NCBI GenBank assembly: GCA_951406725.2
Contig: OX597823.1
Coordinates: forward strand, 66,278,001-66,342,000
Source of the DNA: Octopus vulgaris
Taxonomy: Eukaryota
Direction of reading: 5' to 3'
DNA length: 64,000 bases
Shown here: positions 24,897 to 38,133 of the stretch, piece by piece
Position numbering within the stretch: position 1 is the first letter of the stretch
How the letters are laid out: every line of letters starts with the position of its first letter
Made by a program: the position numbers and the translations under genes
The notes under the pieces: generated by a model
The model's database searches: none
What the model saw: the letters and a program-made list of their open reading frames with translations, nothing else
What the model was told of the DNA's origin: nothing

Positions 24897-24955
<59 letters not shown>
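24504..24955. repeat. ~450-bp interrupted (TA)n tract
   Basis: Seen directly. Confidence 0.98.
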
Positions 24956-24958
<3 letters not shown>

Positions 24959-25384
24959 CATATATGTGTAATCAATTGACGGATTTGTAAAGATGTGTAA
25001 GTATATATTTGCGGGTACGTAGCGAATAAATATTTTCGCGTTGAACTTTTTCATTGTTTCAGTTTTCAGAGGAAATTATTTTTTAGGAATAATTGCATAG
25101 CGTGCATTATATTTGATTTACAAATAATTGATGAGATTATCGGTAATGTGTGTGGTCATGTCAATTGCAGATTTTAAAAAATGCATACCTACACAGTACA
25201 TGCATCACTTCACATACGTGCACATACGTGTGTGCGTGTGTGCGTGTACGTCTGTCTCTGTGTATGCATGTGTGTATATTTAAATCTATATATACACAGA
25301 GTTACGGAATAGAGTATATAAGATCCAGACTACATATGTTTCATAGCGTGCGGAACCTCGGTAGTGTTAAATATCCAAGTGAGG

Positions 25385-26412
25385 TGTATAGCTCAAGCTA
25401 CTCTTTAGGCCGAGGATATCTTGATTAGCTCAACATTACTTTTGAAAAGAATTTCCCTCCATTCAATTTTCCCAACACGTACTCAGGACTCGGCAATGGG
25501 TAGTTATGTGAAATTAAGCAATCGTTCGACCCCGTTGAAAAGTCTGCACTAGTTCTTAACTTAGTATTTTTCTTTTTTTGTGTGTAAACCGTATAGACCG
25601 TAGGTGCTGCCCAGTCTGAGCGTTCCGTTCTCTCGATCATTCCTTGACTTTCAATTTTTTCAAATTCCTTATTTACCTGTTCCAGCGTCGCGTACGGTAC
25701 GTTACGTTTTGGCTTAGATACAGGTGTTGCACTTTGTTATACTGCAAATTTTGTCTTCGTTTTCGTGGAGCAGCTCAGTTCATCCGAGAAAACATCTGGG
25801 AATAAATGTTTTATTTTTCGTTTCAATCTCTCAGCCGCATTCGGACATTCGACTGAATCGGCTATATTCCCACGCAAAACACTTATGACCGTATTCCACA
25901 ATTTGAATAGTTCCAACCGCTCTGTGACGAACAGATTAACTGGATTTTTTTAACACGTACTTTTACCGTTTCCATTTGGTCACAAAATGTGACATTACAC
26001 ACAAATTCACTAATAAAATACAGTCTTTTAGCAATAACACTGTGTACTACATTTGCAGATTTACTTAATTTTCGCTTTGCGATATACTTCCAAGTTTCTT
26101 CATTCACAATGGTAATATCACTTCCAGTATCTAACTGCATTTTTACTCTTATATTTTCAATTTTCACATTTACGAATTTTCTATTTGTCACATTACCATT
26201 TTCTTTCGACGACATCTTGTTTATTCTCTTTTGCTTTGCTCCAAAGACTTGTCATCTCGATTTTGCAGTGCGCTTTTACGTGTCCAGTTTTTCATAAGTG
26301 GGTAAATCTTTCTCGAGTGTAGACCTCTACATACAAAACATGGGTTTGTTTTCTGACTTTTGTCCTGTTTTAGTAAGTTATTGTCGATTTGTTTAATTCT
26401 CGTGAGTTAATT
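25385..26412 (-). mobile_element. Gypsy (Mag/K02A2.6-like) gag-pol remnant: Zn knuckle, aspartic protease and RT start
   Basis: NPCFVCRGLH; VKMQLDTGSDITIV; PKRNVPYATLEQVNKEF; SDWAAPTVY..KLRTSADFSTG..YPLPSPEYVLGKLNGGKFFSK. Confidence 0.9.
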
Positions 26413-26584
26413 CCTCGTCCCCACTGCCGTTATCTAACATCGGACTGTTATTACCTCCACTCCGGTATAGCAGTATATTTAGACAAGTAAGACACAGCTG
26501 TCTATGAACGTCTACGCCAACTTCTCTACATCACAATATTTGTAACTACTAGCACATACCACTCGTCACGTAGGAAGGGTGTTA

Positions 26585-26586
<2 letters not shown>
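26413..26586 (-). mobile_element. 5' LTR (26425-26586, TGTAAC...CA) and primer-binding site (26413-26423)
   Basis: Minus strand TGTAACacc...ggCA g TGGGGACGAGG, close to the TGGCGACGAG-type PBS, directly upstream of gag-pol; abuts (TTA)n. Confidence 0.75.
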
Positions 26587-26658
<72 letters not shown>

Positions 26659-26663
26659 TCTCC

Positions 26664-26699
<36 letters not shown>

Positions 26700-26782
26700 C
26701 ATGCATATTTCAAGAGGCCACACTCAAACACACACAATCTTGCGCACACTTACACACACAAAAAGAATTGCAGCTACTATGT

Positions 26783-28110
26783 TATAATTCAACTAACATA
26801 TATTCCTATATATCTCCAACTGATTTTGCCTCTGACAGGCAAAAATATTTTGTTCACACTCACTAAAACAATATTTCAAATATTTTATCCATAACAAATA
26901 GAACATGACTTACACACATCAACAAACGTATGGACATGAGATGTGCACACGCTTCCTTAATTAGATTTGCAGTTATAATCAGAAACAAACAGCTTTGGAA
27001 GTGTTGTGATAATGTCCAAAACAATGTTTGCAATTACAAAGACTTGCAGCAAAATTAACTTGACCAAAAAGAATACCAAAAAGAAATAAAAGAAGAAAGA
27101 GACAAAAGAGTGGCTTGTCAACAGAGAAATCAACAGTCAATAAGCGTAGTAATAACAGCAGTTGTAAGATAGAGAAAGAGACGACACCATACATAGCTTA
27201 TGAATTGGTAAGATATATAAAGCCACCAAATATCTAGTAGAAAACACAAGCCAATTAACAATCACAAGCTCAAGATACACTGATAGCACAGAAAAGACCT
27301 TTATTAAATGTATAAATCTATAGAATTTTATGGCTTCATGATGATATTAGACGCTTTTTACAGACTCCATGTATTTTTATAGTTCTGTTTCGGCTTTTTG
27401 TTCTTATACACGTATGTCTGAATTTATTTCTAGTGGTACATGTTTCCTCAATTATGTGTTTGAGAGTATATACAGGACCGTGAAGTGAATCACCACAAAG
27501 TTCTTCAGCAACTTTTTGAATATTCCCGTCGACTGTGTATGTTACCCAGCTGTTTGTAGGGGTAAGTTCCAAAATATTATTTAAAAAACCTGCATTGGCT
27601 ATGGTCTACTGCTTGCTAGGGATTATATTCATTATATGCTAGGGATTATATTATAATTCAATCAACATATATTCCCATATATCTCCAACTGATTTTATCA
27701 CTGACAAGCAAAAACATTTTGTTCACACTGACTAGAATAATATTTTAAATATTTTACCGATAACCTATGGAACATGACTTACACACATCAACAAACGTAT
27801 GAGCAGCAGATGTACACACAAACAAACAGCTTTAGAAGTGTTGTGATATTGTCCAAGACCCTCTCAAATACAATGACTTTGAGAAGCAACAAAATTAATT
27901 TCGCGAGAAAGAAGAATACTAAGAAGAAATAAAAGAAAAACAGATAAAAGAGTGGCTGGCTAATAGAGAAATTAACAGTCAACAGGCGCAGTGATAACCC
28001 TGCCCCACAACAGCAATCGTAAGAAAGGGATAGGGCCGATGCAAAAGATAATCAAGGAATTGACAAAGTATATAAAGCTATCAGTTATCTTGTGGGAAAC
28101 ACAAATAAAA
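26783..28110. repeat. Diverged ~460-bp direct repeats (26783-27250 and 27651-28110), offset ~868 bp
   Basis: Collinear blocks such as tatatctccaactgatttt, gaacatgacttacacacatcaacaaacgtatg and aaacaaacagcttt.gaagtgttgtgata. Confidence 0.85.
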
Positions 28111-28281
28111 GCATAAGATATACTCTTCTCATAAAGTAGACTACCAAAACTGCGTTTTAACATATTCGATTACTGAGATAAATATAAATTTTCGGAAATC
28201 ATTTGCTTTACCACTTGTATTCAGTGCTCTTTTCTCTTTAGTTTAAAATAAGGCAACATCCGCTTATATATATAATAATTT

Positions 28282-28965
28282 AAGGCGGCGAGCTGGCAGA
28301 ACCGTTAGCATGCAGGGCGAAATGCGTAGCCGTATTTCGTCTGCCGTTACATTCTGAGTTCAAATTCCACCGAGGTCGACTTTGCCTTTCATCCATTCGA
28401 GGTCGATAAATTAAGTACCAGTTACGCACTGGGGTCGATGTAATCGACTTAGTTCGTTTGTCTGTCCTTGTTTGTCCCCTCTATGTTTAGCCCCTTGTGG
28501 GTAATAAAGAAACATATATAATTATTTTTATTATTTTAAAATCAATTAGGACGACGAGCTGGCAGAATCGTTATTGCGCCGGGCAAAATGCTTACCGATA
28601 TTTCATCTGTCTTCGTACTCTGAGATCTACTTTGAATTTCATCCTTTCGGAGTCGATAAAATAAGTAGTTGTACACTGTGGTCTACGTAATTGCTAGTTC
28701 GCGCAAAAATTTGAAGCCGTTCTTTATTGTTCATGATGTTATTATTATTACTATTTTAAATTATCATGAATATTTTTTTTTATTTAAAAGAGCATGCGTT
28801 ACAGTACATGAGACGAAACTTTGGAGCATCGATGAAATACATTGCGGTATTTGTCTAAGGGACTTTATTTCTGATGAAATCTCGGCGAGGTTAACTTTGC
28901 CTTTCAGCATTTCATGGTCGATTAAATAAAGTATCAGTCAAGTACTGGCTTCGAGTGTATCGACC
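28282..28965 (+). mobile_element. SINE family A cluster (full copy 28282-28512 plus decayed copies at ~28545-28700 and ~28800-28965)
   Basis: High similarity to 8824-9046. Confidence 0.9.
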
Positions 28966-29905
28966 ACTCTAATACTTATGACTGGAAAACTATTATAACA
29001 GCAAGGAAAAATTAATGATTAGTCACACTATATAAATATCCTTTTACTTTTTATGAAATATATAGATTCACAATTATAACTGAATTTTCTCCAAATAGCT
29101 GAAAACAATATTGAAATTTCAAACGAATTACTTCAGAAGTAAAAGTTTGAGTCATCCTACAGACATTTGGCAACATATCTAAATATAAAACATCGCGCCA
29201 TGAAGTTTCCTATATAACAATTCCTATGTCTAAAGATATGAATAGCGAAAATAATGTAAACAGTGTCGAAATTATGATAAATCCGTATATTATGCTGCTA
29301 TTTTGATTCTGTTATACATATATAAATGAGGAGATATATTTTCAGATTTACTTGTTTGTGAATATGGGTACGTTTTTTTTTTTACGTGAGCGATAAGGAA
29401 AAGAATTGGTAAGATAAAATCTAAAATCCTACATGACGAGTGTGGGGTTTCTCAACGGCTGGATGTAGCTTTAAAATGTCAATGATAACGTGCCAGCCTC
29501 TGCATTTAGTGTAATTCAATAAGCAGAGCAGTAAATGTATAATGTGCATGCCTAAAAGTAATCAATTTGTAGAACTGAGTGTAAATTAATTGTATGCATT
29601 GGTTCTAATGTAAATGTATATGTATATGCGTGCATGTTAGTCTATGTGTCTTTGTCTCTGTAGGCATTTTTTGAATAACGTTATGAATGAATAATTGCGA
29701 AGTTCGCTACACTATCACGAAATCTTGGTTATCTTATCGCCACTCGGGTTCAAGGGTAGGTGTCAATTTTCTCTTTCTTCGGGTTGACCTAAAAGTTGTT
29801 AAGGAAATTTAGTAGAAAAACACAGTATAGAAACCCATCGAATAGCTGGTACTAGTAGTTCAGCAATCCAGCTTTCACACACTGTCATGTTAATTTCATA
29901 TTATA

Positions 29906-30320
29906 TATTTCTTTATTACCCACAAGGGGCTAAATATAGAGGGGACAAACAAGGACAGACAAAGGGACTAAGTCTATTACATCGACCCCAGTGCGTAACT
30001 GGTACTTTATTTATCGACCCCGAAATGATGAAAGGCAAAGTCGACCTCGGCGGAATTTGAACTCAGAACATAACGGCAGACGAAATACCTATTTCTTTAC
30101 TGCCCACAAGGGGCTACACACAGAGGGGACAAACAAGGACAGACAAACGGATTAAACCGATAATATCGACCCCAGTGCGTAAATGGTACTTATTTAATCG
30201 ACCCCGAAAGGATGAAAGGCAAAGTTGACATCGGTGGAATTTGAACTCAGAACGTAGCGACAGACCAAATACTGCTAAGCATTTCGCCCGGTGTGCTAAC
30301 GATTCTGCCTTATCACCGCT
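29906..30320 (-). mobile_element. SINE family A dimer (one head, 184-bp duplicated body)
   Basis: tatttcttta at 29906 and 30090; junction gacgaaatacctatttc. Confidence 0.92.
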
Positions 30321-31294
30321 CTATGATTTCACATTATAATTATACACACGGTACACCTGTTAGTGGAGTTATCAGCCACGTAAAAGACAATCCCTTGAGG
30401 GTGATTATTTAAAAACCTGAACTTGGATAGTCCCATAAAACGAATATAAATAAAATGAAATTGTATAAAAATGAAAAAAATGAAAATGTTCACCTGAGCC
30501 CCACTCCCATGCGATACCATTTGAACCGTTATATACATTATCTACAGTTGTTCTTCAATTTTCTCTTTTTCACCATATGTTAAACATAACACAAAACACT
30601 TTACTCTTTCTGTTTATTTTTCCCTACAATTTATTATACTTATTTTCATTTTAATAGTACTTCATCAATGTTTCAATGTATATTAGATCCACTACTAGCG
30701 ACAACTCATTGTGAGGGTGGAATTTATCATAATTCCACCCTCACTTCTGGTGGGTCAGCACTATCTCCACACATCTATTTCAGTTTCCTGCGGGTTTCCT
30801 TTTCAATCACTATCGCCTTCATATCCTCTCCATATATGTATGATGGTACTTTTACTCATAATATTGGATTAAACTAAACTATCTTCACTGTTTCTACATT
30901 CTTTGGGTACGTCACATAATACCATACTCCATTTCATCCTCGTATTTTCTTTCCTTTATCTTAAACTCTTTTGCTCTCTTTTCCTACTCCACTCTAAATA
31001 GTTTCTCCATCTCATTTTCGTTCAGTTGGATTTCCGAATCTTTCTCCACTGGTACAACCGGTATCTTTACTTGTAACTCCACTTTCTTTTTACTTTCTTT
31101 CTCTATCATCCTTTTATCTTCCTTCCTGCTGACCTCCTTCACAGTTTCTTTTCTCATCTCTTCTCTTCCATTATATATGTATGCATTTATGTGTGCATGT
31201 ATATGGAAATATATAAACATGTAGCCTTCACCATTTTCTAAACAAAACAGGGATTTGAATCGAATATTTACACGTTATTATTTATTGGTTAATA

Positions 31295-31860
31295 AAGGCG
31301 TCGAGCTGGCAGAATCGTTAGCACACCGGGCGAAATGCTTAGCAGTATTTCGTCTGCTGTTACGTTCTGAGTTCAAATTCCGCCAAGGTCCACTTTACCT
31401 TTCGACAAATTAAGTACCAGTTACGCCCTGGAGTCGATGTAATCGACTTAATCCCTTTGTCTGTCCTTGTTTGTCCCCTCTATGTTCAGCCCCTTGTGGG
31501 CAATAAAGAAATAAGAATAAATAGAACGCCTGGCAAAATGCTAGGGTGCATTTCATCCGTTCTCACGTTCAGAGTTCAAATTCCGCCGACGTCGACATTG
31601 CCTTCCATCCCTTCGGGGTCAATAAAATAAATACCACTGGAGTACTGGGGCCGATGCAATCGACTTAACCCCCTGCCCAAAAATTTCAGACCTTCTGCTT
31701 TTACTAGAAATGATTGATTAATGAAGGCGGTAAGCTGGCAGAATCTTTAGCACTCCGTGGAGGTCGACTTAGGCTTCCAATTTTCGGGGTCGATAAATTA
31801 GGTACCAGCGAAACACTCCCATCCAGCCAAATGGCAGCGCTTCTGGAAAAATTTGAAGCC
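31295..31860 (+). mobile_element. Three consecutive SINE family A copies or fragments
   Basis: ggcgtcgagctggcagaatcgttag head and repeated gagttcaaattccgcc / ggggtc(g/a)ataaa blocks. Confidence 0.88.
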
Positions 31861-32224
31861 ATTATCTAATGGTTAATGTATTTCGATACTTACTATTTAT
31901 GTGTTTGCGCACGCGTATATGTGCGTGTGTGTGTGTAAACTTACATGCATACATACATACACGCAATGTTTCGAATATCAGCATTTAAATGCTTAAAACA
32001 CTATGAAGATGACGAGGAAAATAATAACGCTAGAAAGAGGATTAAATCAATCAAAGAGAGACAATATACAGCGGTTGAGTTTACAGACAATATTAATGCG
32101 ATTTTGACTATGGGGCACAGCTTTGATTGAAATTTTGACACTCAGTAGACTTAGAAAATGGTTTCCTTATTGAGGGAGCAGAGGATAAGTAAATTTTATT
32201 CAAAAACACCGAATGCTGATATTC

Positions 32225-33045
32225 TTTTTTACTCTAGACACAAGGCCCGAAATTTTGGGAAGAGGAAGCCAGTCGATTAGATCTACCCTAGTACGCAACT
32301 GGTAATTAATTTATCGACCCCCGAAAGGATGAAAGGCAAAGTCGACCTCGGCGGAATTTGAACTCAGAACGTAACGGCAGACAAAATACCTATTTCTTTA
32401 TTACCCACAAGGGGCTAAACACAGAGAGGAAAAACAAGGACAGACAAATGGATTAAGTCGATTATATCGACCCCAGTGTCTAACTGGTACGTATTTAATC
32501 GACCCAAAAAGGATGAAAGGTAAAGTTGACATCGGCGGAATTTGAACTCAGAACGTAGCAACAGACGAAATACCTATTTCTTTATTACCCACAGGGGGCT
32601 AAACACAGAGGGAACAAACAAGGACAGACATAGGTATTAAGTCGATTACATCGACCCCAGTGCGTAACTGGTACTTAATTTATCGACCCCGAAAGGATGA
32701 AAGGCAAAGTCGACCTCGGCGGAATTTGAACTCACAACGTTACGCAGACGAAATACCTATTTCTTTATTACCCACAAGAGGCTAAACACAGAGGGGACAA
32801 ACAAGGACAGACATAGGTATTAAGTCAATTACATCGACCCCAGTGCGTAACTGGTACTTAATTTCTCGACCCCGAAAGGATGAAAGGCAAAGTCGACCTC
32901 GGCGGAATTTGAACTCACAACGTAACGCAGACGAAATACCGCTACGCATTTCGCCCGGTGTGCTAACGATTCTGCCAGCTCACCGCCTTATAGCGCAAAG
33001 CATTTTGCCCGGCGTGTTAACGTTTTAGCCAGCTCGCCGCCTTCC
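32225..33045 (-). mobile_element. SINE family A concatemer (four bodies, 183-184 bp period)
   Basis: Unit starts at 32391, 32575 and 32758; one tRNA-like head at ~32940-32990 plus a short duplicated head. Confidence 0.95.
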
Positions 33046-33324
33046 GAATGCTGATCTTACTGCTCAGACTTATACCTTATTAAACAAGTTTCAGATAAGA
33101 AGTCACTCACAAAACGCGACTGGTGATATTCTTAATTTTTTGGTGAACTGTGTTAGCATTTCACATACATTGTTAATGAGACTCTAAATGGCACAAAAAT
33201 CAGAAGTCATTGATTGTGGGGAGATATAAACATTCTTCTCGTCATTGTTGAATGAGTTTCGGAATAACACTACACACATGTTCTTTACGTGCCAGAAATG
33301 GTTGTTATACAAAGTACCATTTTA

Positions 33325-33514
33325 ATTTTACTTGCTTCAATCATTAGACAGCGGCCATGCTAGGGCGCCACCTTGAAGGTTTGTTAAGCGAAAGTATTGA
33401 ACACAGTATTTTTTAAAATAAAGCATGGTACTAATTCTATCGGTCCCACTGGCCAACCCGCTAGGATACGAGAACGGTTGTGAAGCGGTGGTGGGAGCAG
33501 AAACACGGGCACAA

Positions 33515-33515
<1 letters not shown>
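33325..33515 (-). mobile_element. Partial, decayed SINE family B
   Basis: gcggccatgctagggcgccacc, ggtactaattctatcggtc, cggttgtgaagcggtgg. Confidence 0.65.
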
Positions 33516-33552
<37 letters not shown>

Positions 33553-33560
<8 letters not shown>

Positions 33561-33759
33561 ATCACGTGACCGACCAGGCTATCAGTTGTTGCTACACATC
33601 GCTTGTCACAATGCGCTTCGCATTGTTTTAGCGTTCAAATGACGCCACCCTGCTGAAGAAAGAGTGAGAGAAAGTTGCGTCGAAAGAGTACAGCAGGGAT
33701 CGCCACCCACCCCCCAGCCGGAGCCTCGTGGAGTTTTAAATGTTTTCGCTCAATAAACA

Positions 33760-33762
<3 letters not shown>
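33553..33762 (+). repeat. Second, longer copy of the atcacgtgatcacgtg element in (TA)n
   Basis: Homologous to 14511-14630. Confidence 0.85.
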
Positions 33763-33811
<49 letters not shown>

Positions 33812-33812
<1 letters not shown>

Positions 33813-33988
33813 GATCGACCGCTAGCCGCTAAAGTTTTCTTTGTTTCTCTCTCTGTTTATTTTCTCGTGTTCCGTTCAGTTGAAGAGCATGGGCTTGAAA
33901 CGTAAAAGATTTTGTCACATTCCCGAGCGTTAAACTAATACACCTGTTTGTTGTTTACACACCTATCTTCGTCTTTTGTTTCTTTATA

Positions 33989-33998
<10 letters not shown>
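33812..33998 (+). mobile_element. pLTR-like repeat with decayed hammerhead (33871-33909)
   Basis: Homologous to the reverse complement of 53740-53900; cagttgaagagcatgggcttgaaacgtaaaaga. Confidence 0.65.
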
Positions 33999-34036
<38 letters not shown>

Positions 34037-35855
34037 TTTATATATTTGTTTTGCAAGATTTTTGATGTGAAATCGTGTGTTGAAACAGATATTGTTGTAT
34101 TTAGGAATGCTCATTTTGCCAGTTTAGCCAATAAAAACACACGCACTGTATATTTGGTGTTACTTTGCTTCAGCGTTATTTATTTTTTTTAAATTAATCT
34201 TAATCTTATTTCGGCCGGAGTTCTTTCGTCACACTTCATGTACTCACAATGCATGCCATCAGATAAATGTGGCATTTTGTGTAGGCATGAAAAAATAAAT
34301 TGAATTAATATATGAAATATGTAACTTAGAGGTGAAAAAGACCTCATTGGCAGTGATTGCTATTGTAACTTAAACCAATTATAAGCGTTCTCACTGGCGG
34401 GCACCGCTACATTTCCCTTTGCTTGAGTTTAACTATGAGAACACAAAAAGAAAATACACCGAAATTATTTCGTCTCTGATAACTTGTCCTTGGAAAATTA
34501 TATGATATACAGACTTTCTCTATTTCTCCAAGGAACATGTGCATCAGAAATTTCTTTAGCATGTACTGACCATTGTAGTGCATCTCATTTTTGAAAGAAC
34601 TGTGTAAGAAATTATGAGATACTTTCAATAACCTGCTTGAGAGATATACCATTTTCATTAGCCGTGTCCTGAAATTGCATTTGATGTTGTGAAACAGTAT
34701 TATTATCAATGGTGAAACGGTAGCAATACTTTTCAACATTTCCTTTACTTTCACTCATTATTCCAATTCTCTTGGCTGCAGTGTTCTAAATCTCGCTGTA
34801 TTGACATACCAGTTTTTGTTATTTATTTTGTGTTTCATTTGATCGTCTTCTTTCCATTTTAGCTCGTTCTGTAAATATACCCTCAGTAATATGACCATAG
34901 CTTGCTGCAAGAACGAGATTATATATTGATTACCTATTAGACCAAATCTACAACCGTTTACGTTTTTTTACTTGAGAAAAACAGAGAAGAAAACCTGGCA
35001 ATTTTCGCCAGTTCTTCTATAGCTATAACTACTAGAGCTTGAAATAAAAGCAATTTGCTAGTAACTTACTAAGACTTCTTTCTTCTCTCTCTCTCTCACT
35101 CACTCACTCACTCCCCCTCTTTATATCCTGTACTACCTTAAACCTGAATATTTACCACTTTCAAATATAGTGAAAAGAAAAAAATGTTCTGTAGGTTTTT
35201 AAAGATTATTCAATAAATATCTTCTCATTTCACTATTTAATATTTCAATTATTTATTCTCACACACGGATACATTTATACGTCCGTATTATCACATTGTG
35301 GTGCTAGATATATACTCATAAACGGCTGTATAGTAAATATACTTTTTTATATATACACGCACATTCAACATATTCATACATATATACCTTTATTTATAGT
35401 ATACACATGTGTGTGTATGTACTGGTGGGTGTGTGTGTATGTGTGTGAGTGTGTGTATACAAACTTTAAATTCAAGCTACTATGCTGTGAAACAAGATGG
35501 TCATATAGACTTGTATAGCATGCTTTGAACTTCCAAACAATATTTCTGCCCAACATGGTTTGTTTTTGGCAAGAAATATAAAATAAGAAATATGAAAGTG
35601 GAATGCGAAAAGAAAAAAAGAAATGAAATTGTTTCCCGCATGTGAATATGAAGTTATACGCCAACTTAACTAGACATATCTGGTAACTGGAGGCCAAATA
35701 CACACAACACGTCATCAACTGGAACATTGTGGAACGATCCACGTTATACGTTGATCGTTCAAATAGGTGCAGGATTTCTTTAGTCGAAACGTCTCATATT
35801 CTTTCTACATGTAAAAATTATACTGAGTGGCCAAAATGTAAATCTCACAATTTTA

Positions 35856-36769
35856 CATTTCATGGATATTTGTCCTCATCTTGTTTGTTGCTAACACAAC
35901 GTTTCGGCTGATATACCCACCAGCCTTCATCAGATCTCTTGGGGGAAATTTCGAACCTGGGTTCTCATTCCTAGGTTATTTTTCGATGTTATTATTATTA
36001 TTCAGGTTACTGCCTATAATTGAACTAGGAATATTGGAGTTTGTAGCCCGCTCTCTTAAACACTACACCATATGCCCGTAGGCAGTTATGGAGTGAATCG
36101 AATATTCACTTATCCTTCCTTAATACCGGTTCCCATATGCTACACATATCTGCACTCGATCTGCTTAGGAGCCTGTTGTGTCCTAGCATATGTGCTGCTT
36201 CTTTTAGCTTTTGTATTTTCCAGTGATGTTCTCTCTCTATTATTTTAATTTCATCCCACAGGGCGAGGTAGTCTCCATTTTTCCATACAGGACCAGCTAT
36301 AATCGATTTATCAATATCTCCCCGTGTCACAGCTTCGCAATGTTCCTCTACCCTTATTTTAAGGGAGCGGCATGTTTCGGCTTTGTATAACCTACCACAG
36401 CTGTATGACATGGAGTACACGCAGTTTTTGGTCATAATCGCTTCTATGACCAAGGGGGTATTTGCGAAGTATTGTATTATTCTTGAATACTGTCCTGATG
36501 CCATATGGGCCACATATCTTTTGTCTCTTTTCGAAGAGGCTTTCACGTAGGGTAGACATACTGTGGACAGTTTATTGTTTTGATCCTCTCTTTTCTTCGT
36601 AATTGGATAGTATGTTTTGGGTGTAGTTGTTGCTTAATAAATTGTTACTGAGCTTGATCATTTCGTCGTGGTTGGTATCACGATCTTATGTTTTAAGCAC
36701 TGAGCAATCCATACGCTGTAAGGAGATGGATTGTTCAGTGCCTAAAACATCGAGTAAAGAATAGAACTG
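35856..36769 (-). mobile_element. 5'-truncated Penelope-like element: linker, GIY-YIG, pLTR with hammerhead, 13-bp TSD
   Basis: STVCLPYVK..KICGPYGIRTVFKNNT; KNCVYSMSYSCGRLYKAETCRSLKIRVEEH..WDEIKIIEREHHWKIQKLKEAAHM; TCTCACAATTTTA at 35843-35855 and 36770-36782. Confidence 0.92.
35893..35938 (-). ncRNA. Minimal type I hammerhead in a Penelope pLTR
   Basis: gagat CTGATGA a ggctg gtgggtatat cagcc GAAACGTT gtgtt; palindromic ACGT stem III. Confidence 0.75.
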
Positions 36770-36948
36770 TCTCACAATTTTATTAAACGTTATTAAATTT
36801 TTTTTTCATTGAACTGGAAATCACCATATATATATACTTTGTCTATAAATTGCTGAAAATGACACATCGCCCTAATAATGGATTCTCAGACTGAGTGAAT
36901 CGATGGCAATGTCTACCAAAGGGTTATATATATATATACATATATATA

Positions 36949-37108
<160 letters not shown>

Positions 37109-37221
37109 CATAAATATATGTCAAGAACAAGAGATAATTTTTGTCTCCTTTTATGGAAACAAATGGGTTTATAGGACTGCGAAAAAGAAATGCTGAAATG
37201 TAAATGAGAGAAAGATGAAGA

Positions 37222-38133
37222 AACATTGTTCATAGAACAAACATCTAATTCGAGTCAACGACTTTATATATAACACCATACCTCAAACAGTTGGTCATAT
37301 ATAAATATTGTCACGGTTCTTACACATATAAACATATACATATACATAAAAACACAGAAGATAATATATATATATATATATGCGAATAAAATACAAATAT
37401 ATAGAACGGCCTTTCAAAAAGGTAAATATAAACGACTAAAAATTCATAAAAATTCTAAAGCGTGTCATGCTATTAAAAAATTAAATAAACTGAGATAAAA
37501 ATAAAATATCACTCCACTAAAAAATATTTTTAAATGTTTTTTTTTTACTCCCCTCACACAATAGTACTTCCAAAAAGTTCAATTCTTAAAACCATGGTAG
37601 GTTAGAGTCCATGAGCAAAAAGAGTTCTACAAAATCAAATCAAGCACACAATGGCCATTTCGGGAGCTCCCTACCATGGTTCGAGTACTTTTAAAGTGCA
37701 TCACGGTAATGACTCCCTCATGAAAATGGACAAGAAATACACACAGAATAAAACTAAAAAGTTCACACAACGCCACACAGCTAATTAAAATGATAAACCC
37801 ATCACAGGACCAGTTTAAATTTTCTAAAACAACAAAAAAAAATTTTTTTCAAATATTTTTAGTCGATTGATATTTTAGTTAGTTTTTTAATAGCATGTCA
37901 GGCTTTAGAATTTTTATGAATTTTTAGTCGTTTATATTTACCTTTTTGATAGGCCATTCTATATATTTGTATGTTATTCGCATATATATTTTTACCATTC
38001 TGTGTTTTTATGTATAGGTATTATTTTTTATACGTTTAAGAACCAGGGTAATATTTATATATGATCAAATGTTTGAGGTATGGTGTTATAAAGTCGTTGA
38101 CTCAAATTTGATGTTTGTTCTATGAACAATGTT
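37222..38133. repeat. Large diverged inverted repeat (~310-bp arms, ~290-bp spacer)
   Basis: 37222-37540 matches the reverse complement of 37835-38133 (aacattgttcatagaacaaacatc / gatgtttgttctatgaacaatgtt). Confidence 0.92.

Noticed and set aside
30984-31220. Lys/Glu-rich ORF
   Set aside because: Low-complexity purine-rich strand with no domain evidence
32391-32940. Regularly spaced repeats resembling a CRISPR array
   Set aside because: Whole 184-bp units repeat with no unique spacers; they are SINE bodies in eukaryotic DNA and no cas genes are present
34407-34754. 115-aa minus-strand ORF
   Set aside because: No recognisable motif or splice context
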